This document shows positions 10,089-18,853 of a stretch of DNA of 64,000 nt, piece after piece. Origin of the DNA: Kiritimatiellia bacterium (GTDB lineage Bacteria; Verrucomicrobiota; Kiritimatiellia; RFP12; UBA1067); NCBI GenBank assembly GCA_050949565.1, contig JBMNFY010000021.1, forward strand, positions 1-64,000. The letters run 5' to 3'. The stretch's first letter is position 1. Each line of letters starts with the position of its first letter. Made by a program: the position numbers and the translations under genes. Under the pieces are notes generated by a model, which saw only the letters and a program-made list of their open reading frames with translations, was not told the DNA's origin and made no database searches.

Positions 10089-10362
10089 AGCAGTTGAATC
10101 TTCAACTCTCTTTGGTTTCAAGGTTTCTGGTTTCATGGTTTCATCCAAATCGGGATCGGGATCGCTATCGGGATCGATTGTTTAACCACGGAACACACTA
10201 AACACACGGAAACAGAGCCATGCCTTTCCGTGTGTTCGGTGTGTTCCGTGGTTCCAATCAGAAATTGCGTTCTGCACCAGATAGGTGCGGCACGGATCTC
10301 AACGGAAGCCAATGTTTACAGGCCTTTGCTCAAAATCCGCACATCCAACTGCTCCTTTTAGG
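10089..10362 (+). repeat. MITE-like element copy (left terminal repeat truncated)
   Basis: Near-identical to 49899-50181; ends CAACTGCTCCTTTTAGG. Confidence 0.8.
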
Positions 10363-10464
10363 GTAATCGGTTAGTGACAGGGATGTGCGTTTCTGATGAA
10401 AAGAGGGAGCAGAGAGTCGGTCGCGGGCGTCCTCGCCCGCAACAACGTGTCTTGCAAATAGGGT

Positions 10465-10513
10465 GTGGCACGGGCATCTTGCCCGTGTTTCATGGGCGGG
10501 ACGCCCATGCCAC
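10465..10513 (+). repeat. REP-like double-hairpin repeat, copy 1
   Basis: GTGGCACGGGCATCTTGCCCGTGTTTCATGGGCGGGACGCCCATGCCAC; five copies in the window. Confidence 0.9.
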
Positions 10514-10554
10514 GGGGGGTTGAAATGCTTCACTCACAAGCCTGGCAAACAGAT

Positions 10555-10680
10555 CTGGAGTGCGGCGGCAAGCGGTATTCCGCGCGACGCCGCTTTTTGA
10601 GCATGACTGCGGCGGCAGGACGACGCGCAAAAGCGGTGCCGCGACCCGCGCACAGCGCGGCTCTTGTCACCGCACTCCAG
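10555..10680. repeat. REP-like large inverted repeat
   Basis: CTGGAGTGCGG...CCGCACTCCAG outer arms with inner CCGCTTTT...AAAAGCGG. Confidence 0.7.
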
Positions 10681-10689
10681 ATTCCGCAA

Positions 10690-10775
10690 ACAGACGCTTC
10701 CAAGACGATGACCTTCCACCATGGCCGCGGTTCTTGCGGAGTTGAGACGAGCCATTTGAATGCTTCTTTAATCAT
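10690..10775 (-). pseudogene. Truncated 5' end of a putative cassette gene
   Basis: ATG just after an attC-like site; MIKEAFKWLVSTPQEPRPWWKVIV then runs into a REP element. Confidence 0.4.
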
Positions 10776-10785
10776 TTCTCTCTCA

Positions 10786-10842
10786 GCCCAACAAGTTGTT
10801 GAGCGGCTTCTTCTGTCCCCAACATGAGCCACGTTGTTCGTC
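10786..10842 (-). other. attC-like recombination site
   Basis: Minus strand GACGAAC...GTTGGGC; homologous to 12109-12168. Confidence 0.6.
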
Positions 10843-10937
10843 ACAAACCGCGTCCGTTCACTGTGCAGGGTAGCACGCATGCTCCGGGCACACAAAACGA
10901 AAAACGCATGCGCTTGTCGATTCGTAAGGCACTAACG

Positions 10938-11405
10938 TCAACGGCCACCTTGCAATGGGGTCGTAATCTGCTTGCTTTGCTCCGCCAGCCTCTTGATTGA
11001 TCTTTCCATCATCGGAAACCGCGGCTGGATGCCGAACCAGAAATCGGCGGTTTTCCTAGCCGGTTTCTCCGCCTTGGCGACATTCTTCAGGAACAGTATG
11101 CACTCTGCATCCTTCTTCAGGTATGATGGTTTGTCTTTGGCGTCGATTTCGAATCTGACAATATTGACGTCGATCATCTCCGCATCGGGCTTGCTTCCAT
11201 GAAGGGTTTCCGCCACCTTGAAGGTGCAGACCCAGTTGATGATACCTGATTCGTCAACGAGTCCCTTAGGTTCGCTCACAACGGCCCCCGACACGATAAT
11301 GTCCGACTTCTTCACGTAGAACCGGAGGGTGTCGTCCGAATCGTCGGCCCTGGCAGTCAAACCTATCAAGATGCACAGACTGCAAATGGCTGAAATGATC
11401 TTCAT
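10938..11405 (-). CDS. Secreted hypothetical protein (putative cassette gene)
   Basis: Signal peptide, GAGG RBS, preceded by a GTTGTGC core site. Confidence 0.75.
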   Translation of the reverse strand: MKIISAICSLCILIGLTARADDSDDTLRFYVKKSDIIVSGAVVSEPKGLVDESGIINWVCTFKVAETLHGSKPDAEMIDVNIVRFEIDAKDKPSYLKKDAECILFLKNVAKAEKPARKTADFWFGIQPRFPMMERSIKRLAEQSKQITTPLQGGR

Positions 11406-11423
11406 GATTCCTCTCTTTCTCTA

Positions 11424-11484
11424 GCACAACGTCCGGCCCCTGGGGTGGCGCGTTAGCGACGTACGCAAAAAGGCATTATTGGCC
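11424..11484 (-). other. Degenerate attC-like site
   Basis: Minus strand GGCCAAT...CGCTAACGCG...GTTGTGC immediately upstream of the 11405 ATG. Confidence 0.45.
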
Positions 11485-11560
11485 TTTCAATCCCATTTGT
11501 CCAATCCACAATCAACTCCGATACTTGTACGCGACCGCAAAGCCATCACTAAACAAACGA

Positions 11561-11657
11561 AAACAGAGCCACGCCTTTCCGTGTGTTCTGTGTTCCGTGG
11601 TTAAACAATCGATCCCGATAGCGATCCCGATTTGGACGAAACCATGAAACCAAAGAA
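11561..11657 (-). repeat. Internal fragment of the MITE-like element, mostly inverted
   Basis: GTGTTCCGTGGTTAAACAATCGATCCCGATAGCGATCCCGATTTGG is the reverse complement of the MITE core. Confidence 0.75.
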
Positions 11658-11666
11658 AGGGGCACG

Positions 11667-12101
11667 TCAGCGCCGTTGGGCGTCGCTGCTGGTTGTGCTA
11701 TCGGGGGCGTCGTCTTGAAAACACTCTAGCTCTTTTTTCTTTTTGACACTGGCCTTTACCGTCTTGACTGTGATGTTGGTGGCTTGCTCCCACATGATCT
11801 CTGCACCGTCTTCCAACTGCTCGTAAATGGGCAATAGGCTTGCGAGTCCCTCAAAAACCCAATGTCCTTGACGACCGCCCTCGGGGCCACAAATCGAGCC
11901 CGTACCGATTTTGCCGTGCGCAATTGCTTTTCGATAGGCCTCTTCCCTGTCGCTGGCCTTGATCAATACGGTGTTCATCCATGCGGTGCAGCGCCGGTTT
12001 AGTTTCGTCTTGTCTTCGTCAAAGTGCTCATACCGCTCGACAATGGTGGCGATCCACCAGCCATACGGGCTCTTGCTCTTCTCTGGAATAGGTTTCTTCA
12101 T
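11667..12101 (-). CDS. DUF4288 domain protein (putative cassette gene)
   Basis: WWIATIVER, VLIKASDREEAYRKA, WVFEGL and LEDGAEI pattern. Confidence 0.7.
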   Translation of the reverse strand: MKKPIPEKSKSPYGWWIATIVERYEHFDEDKTKLNRRCTAWMNTVLIKASDREEAYRKAIAHGKIGTGSICGPEGGRQGHWVFEGLASLLPIYEQLEDGAEIMWEQATNITVKTVKASVKKKKELECFQDDAPDSTTSSDAQRR

Positions 12102-12108
12102 TTGTCTT

Positions 12109-12168
12109 GCAGAACAGGTGGTTATTGAGCGGTTTCTTCTGTTCCTCACATAAACCGCGTTGTTCGCC
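12109..12168 (-). other. attC-like recombination site
   Basis: Minus strand GGCGAAC...GGTT(T)AT(G)TGAG...CTCAATAACC...GTTCTGC; the inner arms pair with two unpaired bases; lies just after the YoeB stop. Confidence 0.7.
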
Positions 12169-12170
12169 AA

Positions 12171-12437
12171 TCATTCATAGTGTGTCCAGAGTCGGATGAT
12201 TTTGACGGTCTTGACGTCAGCCAATACCTGATACACAAGCCGATGCTGAACATTGATGCGCCTTGAATACGCGCCGGACAGATCGCCGACGAGTTTCTCA
12301 TAGGGAGGCGGATCCTGAAACGGGTCGTTCTCAAGTATCGCGAGAAGCCGTTCCGCCTGTGGTTTCAAACCGGAAGCACTGAGCTTCTTTGCATCTTTCT
12401 GTGCCAGTTTGGTGAAGACAAGCGTCCATTTCACCAT
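12171..12437 (-). CDS. yoeB: Txe/YoeB family toxin
   Basis: PPYEKLVGDLSGAYSRRINVQHRLVY and C-terminal WTHYE. Confidence 0.9.
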   Translation of the reverse strand: MVKWTLVFTKLAQKDAKKLSASGLKPQAERLLAILENDPFQDPPPYEKLVGDLSGAYSRRINVQHRLVYQVLADVKTVKIIRLWTHYE

Positions 12438-12673
12438 TTCAATTCCTTGCCGCATTTGCTGACCGGAATTTTCATCCCGGACTGGATGGATTCTCGCATT
12501 CCGGGAATCGATGTGAGAAACAAGGTCTCTTGGATGGCCTGCCAGTCGTCCTGGGAAACAAGGACAGCGGAGTTCCTCTTACCAGTGATCTGGACGGCCC
12601 TGTGGGAATCCGCCACGTCATCCAAAAGGGAATACAAGGTTTTTCGAGCTTCTGTGGCCGTAAGCGTAATCAT
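12431..12673 (-). CDS. yefM: Phd/YefM family antitoxin
   Basis: TATEARKTLY and AVLVSQDDWQAIQETLFL; AAGGAGG RBS; overlaps the toxin start. Confidence 0.9.
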   Translation of the reverse strand: MITLTATEARKTLYSLLDDVADSHRAVQITGKRNSAVLVSQDDWQAIQETLFLTSIPGMRESIQSGMKIPVSKCGKELKW

Positions 12674-12687
12674 AAGCAACCTCCTTT

Positions 12688-12726
12688 CGTACGCAATATC
12701 GTACGTCACCCTGATCGATCTGTCAA
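12688..12726 (-). promoter_or_regulatory. Sigma70 promoter and operator of yefM-yoeB
   Basis: TTGACA-17bp-TACGAT; paired CGTACG palindromes over the -10 region. Confidence 0.75.
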
Positions 12727-12752
12727 CTGTGCAGCAAATTCGGCGTCGATCC

Positions 12753-12859
12753 CTACACGCATAGACGCGGGGCGCGCGGGAAGGGAATCACATCGCGGAT
12801 GTTGTGCATGCCGGTGCAGAACTGCACCAGCCGCTCGAAACCTAATCCAAAGCCGGCGT
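12753..12859 (-). repeat. 107-bp duplicate of the asnS 3' end
   Basis: Matches 13717-13823 except three synonymous or stop-preserving changes in the last four codons. Confidence 0.95.
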
Positions 12860-12970
12860 ACTCACTCTTGCCGCCATCCTCATGCTCGTTCATCAGTAAA
12901 GTGTTGATTTCAGAATTCAAGTGGCTATCAGCACGAGCATGATGATCGCTTTTTGCCTTATATCGTCTCC

Positions 12971-13031
12971 GTCGAACGTCAAGCCTCACGTTTCGGATCG
13001 GAGCGACGATAATGTGCAGGTGCTGATCGGG
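12971..13031 (-). other. attC-like site overlapping the vapC end
   Basis: Minus strand CCCGATC...CCT(G)CACATT...AACGTGAGG...GTTCGAC; inner arms pair with one extra G. Confidence 0.55.
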
Positions 13032-13437
13032 TCAGTCTAGCATCGTGTAGCACGATTGGCAGGCACTTTGCAAAGTGAAGGAAATCTTGATCCGTGGTGA
13101 AAATCGAGAAATCGTGCCGCACCGCAACAGCACAAATGAGGAAATCAGTGTTAGCCCCCTGAATTCCTTTGGCGCGACATAGGTTGTAAAATTTCGCTGC
13201 CGTCACATAATCTTCGACCGTCAAAGGCTGGTCCACGAAAGCATCAAGATGCCTCTCCAGACGATCAAACTGCGCACCGTCCCGAACCCCGGACAAAATC
13301 TCCTGTCGGATAGGCCCTATGATCTCCACAACATGGGAGGCGATCAGACGAGCCAGTTCTTCTGTCTCCGGGTTCTGCGCTTGTTCGCGACGCCGTAGGG
13401 CCAGTGACCAGATGCTGGTATCGACTAGCACTTTCAC
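12979..13437 (-). CDS. vapC: VapC PIN-domain toxin
   Basis: [23 protein letters not shown] and TTDQDF PIN motifs. Confidence 0.9.
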   Translation of the reverse strand: MKVLVDTSIWSLALRRREQAQNPETEELARLIASHVVEIIGPIRQEILSGVRDGAQFDRLERHLDAFVDQPLTVEDYVTAAKFYNLCRAKGIQGANTDFLICAVAVRHDFSIFTTDQDFLHFAKCLPIVLHDARLTRSAPAHYRRSDPKREA

Positions 13438-13634
13438 GACTTTGTCCGCTGCCGCTTGTAATCGTAAGACGGATCGAAGTCGATACTGCCAAAGAGATCC
13501 AAAATCCCTTCCTGCCGCAGATTCTGGACGTATTCGGTCAGCGCCTGCGTTACAGCCTCCTCCTTGGTGCGGTGTTTCCCCAGCCTCGCAGCTTCCGCGA
13601 TCAAACGTCCATCAAGTTGAAGATTCGTCACCAC
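13434..13634 (-). CDS. vapB: VapB family antitoxin
   Basis: TNLQLDGRLIAEA...TKEEAVTQAL RHH-like pattern; GGAGG RBS; 4-bp overlap with vapC. Confidence 0.85.
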   Translation of the reverse strand: MVTNLQLDGRLIAEAARLGKHRTKEEAVTQALTEYVQNLRQEGILDLFGSIDFDPSYDYKRQRTKS

Positions 13635-13716
13635 TTTCCACCTCCGTCCGTAGTTTCACACACTTTCCTGTATCAGTCAATTGGGTTCTTTTTTTGTGAC
13701 CTTTTTGTGCAATTTT

Positions 13717-15108
13717 TTACACACACAGACGCGGGGCGCGCGGGAAGGGAATCACATCGCGGATGTTGTGCATGCCGGTGCAGAACTGCACCAGCCGCTC
13801 GAAACCTAATCCAAAGCCGGCGTGCGGTACGCTGCCATAACGCCGCAAGTCGAGATACGCGGCGTACTCGCCCAACTCCAAACCGCTGGCGCGCAGGGTC
13901 GCCTCCAGTACCTCCAGCCGCTCTTCACGCTGGCTGCCGCCGATGATCTCGCCGACCTCGGGCAGCAGCACGTCCAGGGCCGCGACCGTGCGTCCGTCGT
14001 CATTGCGCCGCATGTAGAACGCTTTGATCTCGGCCGGATAGTCAGTCACCACCAGAGGGCCTTTGAAGACCTCTTCGGTCAGGAAACGCTCGTGTTCGGA
14101 CTGCATGTCCATGCCCCAGTGCGGCGCGAACTCGAAGGTCCGGCCCGAGCCCTCGAGCAAGCGAACCGCCTCGGTATAGGTCACGCGACTGAACGGTGCG
14201 TCGGCCAGACGCTCCAGACGCGCCAACACGCCGGGCAACACGCGCTGGTCAAAGAAGCGTAGGTCGTCCGCACTGTCGCGCAGCACAGCCTGGAAGAGAT
14301 GATGCAAGAACGCCTCGGACAGCGCGGCGACGTCATCGAGGTCCGCAAACGCCATCTCCGGCTCGATCATCCAGAACTCGGCCAAGTGCCGCCGCGTGTT
14401 GGAATTCTCGGCGCGGAAGGTCGGGCCGAAGGTGTAGATGTCACCCATCGCGCAAGCGTAGGCCTCGCCTTCAAGCTGACCGCTCACGGTCAGCGCGGTG
14501 TGTTGTCCGAAGAAATCCTGTTCGTAATCGACCGCGCCGTCCTCACGTCGCGGCAGTGCGTCAAGATCAAGCGTCGTAACCTGAAACATCGCCCCCGCCC
14601 CCTCGCAGTCACTCGCCGTGATGATCGGCGTATGCACATAGAGGAAACCCCGCTCGTGAAAGAAACGGTGGACCTCGACCGCCAGAAGATGGCGTACGCG
14701 CGCAACGGCGCCGAAGCTGTTCGTGCGCACACGCAGGTGCGGTAGCTCGCGCAGCCGCTCGAACCCTATCCGCTGCTTACCGAGCGGATAGGCCACGGGC
14801 GGCGAGAAGCCCAGAACACGCACGGCATGCGCTTTGACCTCGACCGCCTGCCCCGCGCCTTCCGACGCCTCCAGCGTCCCCTCCACCACCACCGACGCGC
14901 CGGGATGCAGCCGGAGCACATCGCTGGCATAATTGTCCAGCGTCGCCGGCGCGATCACCTGCAGGTTGGTCAGACAGGAGCCGTCGTTGATTTCAAGGAA
15001 GGAGAAGCCCCCCTTCGAATCGCGGCGGGTACGCACCCAGCCCGCGACCGTTACACAAGTGCCGGGCTTGGTGTCGCCCAGCGCCGCTTTAATTCGTAGT
15101 CGCCTCAT
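13717..15108 (-). CDS. asnS: Asparagine--tRNA ligase
   Basis: GWVRTRR OB fold; [24 protein letters not shown] and GFGLGFERL class II motifs. Confidence 0.97.
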   Translation of the reverse strand: MRRLRIKAALGDTKPGTCVTVAGWVRTRRDSKGGFSFLEINDGSCLTNLQVIAPATLDNYASDVLRLHPGASVVVEGTLEASEGAGQAVEVKAHAVRVLGFSPPVAYPLGKQRIGFERLRELPHLRVRTNSFGAVARVRHLLAVEVHRFFHERGFLYVHTPIITASDCEGAGAMFQVTTLDLDALPRREDGAVDYEQDFFGQHTALTVSGQLEGEAYACAMGDIYTFGPTFRAENSNTRRHLAEFWMIEPEMAFADLDDVAALSEAFLHHLFQAVLRDSADDLRFFDQRVLPGVLARLERLADAPFSRVTYTEAVRLLEGSGRTFEFAPHWGMDMQSEHERFLTEEVFKGPLVVTDYPAEIKAFYMRRNDDGRTVAALDVLLPEVGEIIGGSQREERLEVLEATLRASGLELGEYAAYLDLRRYGSVPHAGFGLGFERLVQFCTGMHNIRDVIPFPRAPRLCV

Positions 15109-15315
15109 AATGGATGGCCTGAATCATACAGGTTTGCCGCCGGAGAGTGAATAGCGAATCGCGCCGTTGCTAACCCGGCCACAATTTATATTGTTGCTTG
15201 CCTGTAACAACGCTGAGCAGCGACCACAGCGTTCAACGTTCAAGTGAAACCATGAAACTTTATGAAAAACAAGAGCATCTTGCCGTTTTTGGCGGTTCCA
15301 GAAAACGCTCAACGT

Positions 15316-17565
15316 TCAACGTTCGGCGTTCACGACTCTTTTCGGCGGGGTGCCCCAAGCCGTGTTCGGTGCTGGCCCCATCTGCAACTCCAGCGTGCCG
15401 CCTGCAACGACTTCCTGTTGCGTGATCCATGCGCGTTCGAACGGCTTGCCGTTGAGCTTCGCGGACTGGATGTACAGGTTGTCGGGAGCGTTGTTCTTTG
15501 CGACAACGGTGAACGTGCCGCCCGCGTAATAGGCGGGATCGAGACGGATACTTACCTTCGAAAAAACCGGGCTGGTGATGAGGTAGATGTTGTCGCCGGG
15601 GCAGACGGGATGGAGCCCCATAGCGGCCAGCACGTACCAAGCGGACATCTGGCCGACATCCTCGTTGCCGCAGAGCCCGCGCACGCCAGTACCGTAAGCC
15701 TTCTTGCAGATCGTGCGCGTCCACTTCTGGGTCAGCCAGGGGCGTCCGACGTAGTTGAAGAGAAACGCCACATGGTGGCAGGGCTCGTTCGGGTGGTTGT
15801 AATAGTCGTTCCAAAGGAAATCTTCCGGTGTCTTGTCGAAGAACGCGGTCAACTCCTGAATGAAAAAGTCTTTGCCCATCAAATCGACGAGCCCGTACAC
15901 GTCATGCGGTACGAACCACCCTTGCTGGTAGGGGTTGCTCTCTACGCAGCCCTGCCCGTGCCGGGTCTTGCCCTCCCACTTCGTCCATGCGCCGGTTTTA
16001 TCGCGCGCGCGCATCCACTTCACTTCGGGGCACCAGAGATTGGTGTAGGCCATCGAGCGCCGGTAGTACTCGGCGGCGTCCGTCTCCTTCTTCAGACTCT
16101 CGGCGAAGCGGCCCATGCACCAGTCGGAGTAGGCGTACTCCAAGGTCATCGAGAGGCTGTTCGGCGTGAAACCAGCGGGACCGTTCCCGAACCTCTCGAC
16201 CGTATTCTTGCACTGGCGGTAAGCCTCTTCGACGTCATACTTGCGGATGCCCTTCTCGTAGGCATCGACGATGACCGAGACGGCGGGGTTGCCGATCATG
16301 CAGCCCGAATAAGCGTTGAGCAGTTCCCACCGCTCAAGGTAATTGCGGCCGCTGAGCTGCGCGAGTTGCACCAGCGAGTTGACCTCGTCATTCACCACAT
16401 CCGGACGGATGAGGGTCAGCAGCGGGAACTGACTGCGGAAGACATCCCAACCGCTGAAGATCGTGCGGTAGACAAAGCCTTGCGCGCGATGCGGCTTGCC
16501 GTCCGCGCCCATATAGTTTCCGTCGATGTCAGAGACGCTGCGCGGATCGATCATGCAGTGGTAGAGCGCGGTCGCGAAGATCTCGCGGTCGTCATCGGTG
16601 CCGCCTTCGCAGTTGACGCCCTGGAGGGCATCGGCCCACAGACCGCGCGAGTGCGCCCGCACACCGTCGAAGTCGAATTCGGGAATGTCGTGTGCGAGGT
16701 TGGCGCGCGCGCCTTCCACGCTGACGTAGGAGAAGCCCGCGCGCACCAGCACCGAATCGTCCTGCGCCGTAGTGAACTCGGCGAAGAAGCCGGTGTTCGT
16801 GCCTTCGTAGGCACGCAGACCCTCGAATACGCGGTCTTTATCCCATACGCCGAAGGTTTGGAACGGCTTGCTGAACACGGCGCAGAAATGCTGCGTGTAG
16901 TTGACGCGCCCGGCGCCGCGCCCCCAGCCGCCATCTTTGTCGGAACAGACCATGAAACCCTCGATGGTGCGGTCATCGACCACGCGCACCACTTGGCGAC
17001 TGTGGGAGAGCCAGCGCTCTTTCTGACCGATGCGGCGACCGAGGTCGATCTGGATACGTGATGTCTGAGACTGCGGGAAGGTAAAGCGGATGATACCGGC
17101 GCGCGGCGCGGCCGTGAGTTCTGCAGTAATCCCGTAACGCAACAGGTCCACGCGATAGTAAGCGGCCGAAGCCTGTTCGCGGTCATGGCTGTAAGGCGAT
17201 TTCGCCTGGTCACGATCGAACTGGCGCGGACCGGTGGTGGGCATCACCTGAAAGTTGCCGAGGTCGCCGTACCAGCCGATACCGCTCATGTGCGTGAAAC
17301 TGAACCCCTCGATGGTCTCGTGGTGATGCGAATAACCAGGGCCGTTATCGCCGCCCGTGATGGTGTCCGGGCTGAGTTGGATCATGCCGAAAGGCGTGGC
17401 CGCGCCGGGGAACGTTTTGCCTAGGCCGTGCCCGCCGTAACCGCTCAGCGTGATCGCGCCGATCATAGGGTTAATGCAGTCGACGAGCTGTTTTTCAGCG
17501 GCCCAGCCCGCGCCGCGAAACGCGAAGCATAGAGCCAGTAGAACGCCTGTTTTTTTCAGAGCCAT
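15316..17565 (-). CDS. GH92 alpha-1,2-mannosidase family protein
   Basis: TFPGAATPFGMIQLSPDT, HPNEP and GNEDVGQMSAWYV motifs; signal peptide. Confidence 0.92.
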   Translation of the reverse strand: MALKKTGVLLALCFAFRGAGWAAEKQLVDCINPMIGAITLSGYGGHGLGKTFPGAATPFGMIQLSPDTITGGDNGPGYSHHHETIEGFSFTHMSGIGWYGDLGNFQVMPTTGPRQFDRDQAKSPYSHDREQASAAYYRVDLLRYGITAELTAAPRAGIIRFTFPQSQTSRIQIDLGRRIGQKERWLSHSRQVVRVVDDRTIEGFMVCSDKDGGWGRGAGRVNYTQHFCAVFSKPFQTFGVWDKDRVFEGLRAYEGTNTGFFAEFTTAQDDSVLVRAGFSYVSVEGARANLAHDIPEFDFDGVRAHSRGLWADALQGVNCEGGTDDDREIFATALYHCMIDPRSVSDIDGNYMGADGKPHRAQGFVYRTIFSGWDVFRSQFPLLTLIRPDVVNDEVNSLVQLAQLSGRNYLERWELLNAYSGCMIGNPAVSVIVDAYEKGIRKYDVEEAYRQCKNTVERFGNGPAGFTPNSLSMTLEYAYSDWCMGRFAESLKKETDAAEYYRRSMAYTNLWCPEVKWMRARDKTGAWTKWEGKTRHGQGCVESNPYQQGWFVPHDVYGLVDLMGKDFFIQELTAFFDKTPEDFLWNDYYNHPNEPCHHVAFLFNYVGRPWLTQKWTRTICKKAYGTGVRGLCGNEDVGQMSAWYVLAAMGLHPVCPGDNIYLITSPVFSKVSIRLDPAYYAGGTFTVVAKNNAPDNLYIQSAKLNGKPFERAWITQQEVVAGGTLELQMGPAPNTAWGTPPKRVVNAER

Positions 17566-17672
17566 AGCAAGATTTCCTCAGGAGCAAGTGTCGGGTGATA
17601 CACGACACCGTTACGTGTGGGAAGGATGGCATAAAAACGCCCAACGCTCAACACACTTAATCCCATCCCCTA

Positions 17673-17721
17673 GTGGCATGGGCGTCCCGCCCATGAAACA
17701 CGGGCAAGATGCCCGTGCCAC
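17673..17721 (-). repeat. REP-like double-hairpin repeat, copy 2
   Basis: Reverse complement of 10465-10513. Confidence 0.9.
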
Positions 17722-17919
17722 GCCTCTGTACTAAAAAAACCGAGCCGTGCCCTCTAAAACCCTTTGCGTTCTATACGTTCTTTGCGGCTTTTCCCGTAGC
17801 CACGTCTTTTCGTGTTGCCTTACACGCGATTACCCTTGCCCCACTTTTCTCATATCCGGCTTGATGCAACTGTGCTATAAATAGTGGCACCTTTGGAACA
17901 AATGATGGATGCTGAACGA

Positions 17920-18828
17920 ATGAGTGATACTTTGCAGGAGGATATCCTGAGGCTGAAGCGTGAGCGTTCAGCCGTTATCTTGGCGCACAACTATCAGCCT
18001 GGGGAGGTGCAGGACATCGCCGACTTTACGGGCGACTCGTTGGAACTGGCCCGCAAAGCGACCGACATTCAGGCGGATGTCATCGTCTTTTGCGGCGTCC
18101 ATTTCATGGCCGAGACCGCCGCGATCCTCAATCCCGACAAGACGGTGCTGCTGCCGGCCGCGGATGCCGGCTGCCCGATGGCCGACATGATCACCGGCGA
18201 GCAGTTGCGCACCCTCAAGGCGCAGCATCCCGACGCTAAGGTCATCTGCTATGTCAACAGCACGGCCGAGGTCAAAGCCGAAAGCGACTGCTGCGTGACC
18301 TCTGCCAACTCGGTGCAGGTCGTGAGCAACTATGCGCCTGACCAACCGATCATCTTCGTGCCGGACCGCCATCTCGGCACCAACACCGCCGGACAACTCG
18401 GACGCGAGTTCATCTTGTGGCCGGGTTGCTGTCCGATACACGCCCGCCTGACGGCATCCATGATCCGCGATGCCCGCGCCCGGCACCCTGGAGCTCCGGT
18501 GCTGATCCACCCCGAATGCCCCAAGCCGGCATGCGACGCCGCTGACGCCGTGCTCTCGACCGGCGGCATGTGCCGCTATGTCCAGACCCGCAGTGAAACC
18601 GAGTTCATCATCGGTACCGAGATCGGCATCCTGCACCGCCTCCGCAAAGAGAATCCCGAAAAAACGTTCCACCCCTTGATCGAGCAGGCAATCTGCCCAG
18701 ACATGAAAAGAATCACGTTGGAAAAAGTCTTGCTGAGTCTCCGCGACATGAGCACCGTCATCACGGTCCCCGAACCCACTGCCAGCAAGGCCCGGCGCGC
18801 GATTGAAACGATGTTGGCCGCACACTAA
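17920..18828 (+). CDS. nadA: Quinolinate synthase A
   Basis: LAHNYQ, FCGVHFMAE, AGCPMA, YVNS, HPEC and ICPDMK motifs. Confidence 0.95.
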   Translation: MSDTLQEDILRLKRERSAVILAHNYQPGEVQDIADFTGDSLELARKATDIQADVIVFCGVHFMAETAAILNPDKTVLLPAADAGCPMADMITGEQLRTLKAQHPDAKVICYVNSTAEVKAESDCCVTSANSVQVVSNYAPDQPIIFVPDRHLGTNTAGQLGREFILWPGCCPIHARLTASMIRDARARHPGAPVLIHPECPKPACDAADAVLSTGGMCRYVQTRSETEFIIGTEIGILHRLRKENPEKTFHPLIEQAICPDMKRITLEKVLLSLRDMSTVITVPEPTASKARRAIETMLAAH

Positions 18829-18853
18829 AACACGACAAAAGGGAATGGTTCCT

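Noticed and set aside
10120-10260. Short tandem repeats as a possible CRISPR array
   Set aside because: Units are 6-9 bp without unique spacers and no cas genes are present; part of the MITE interior
10330-10827. Small ORFs with recurring peptides such as WHGRPAHETRARCPCH and MGVPPMKHGQDARAT
   Set aside because: These are translations of the REP repeat; the same peptides appear at every copy
12753-12989. 78-aa ORF ending like AsnRS
   Set aside because: Chance read-in to the duplicated asnS tail; no RBS or independent coding signal
15262-17061. 599-aa plus-strand ORF
   Set aside because: Antisense shadow of GH92
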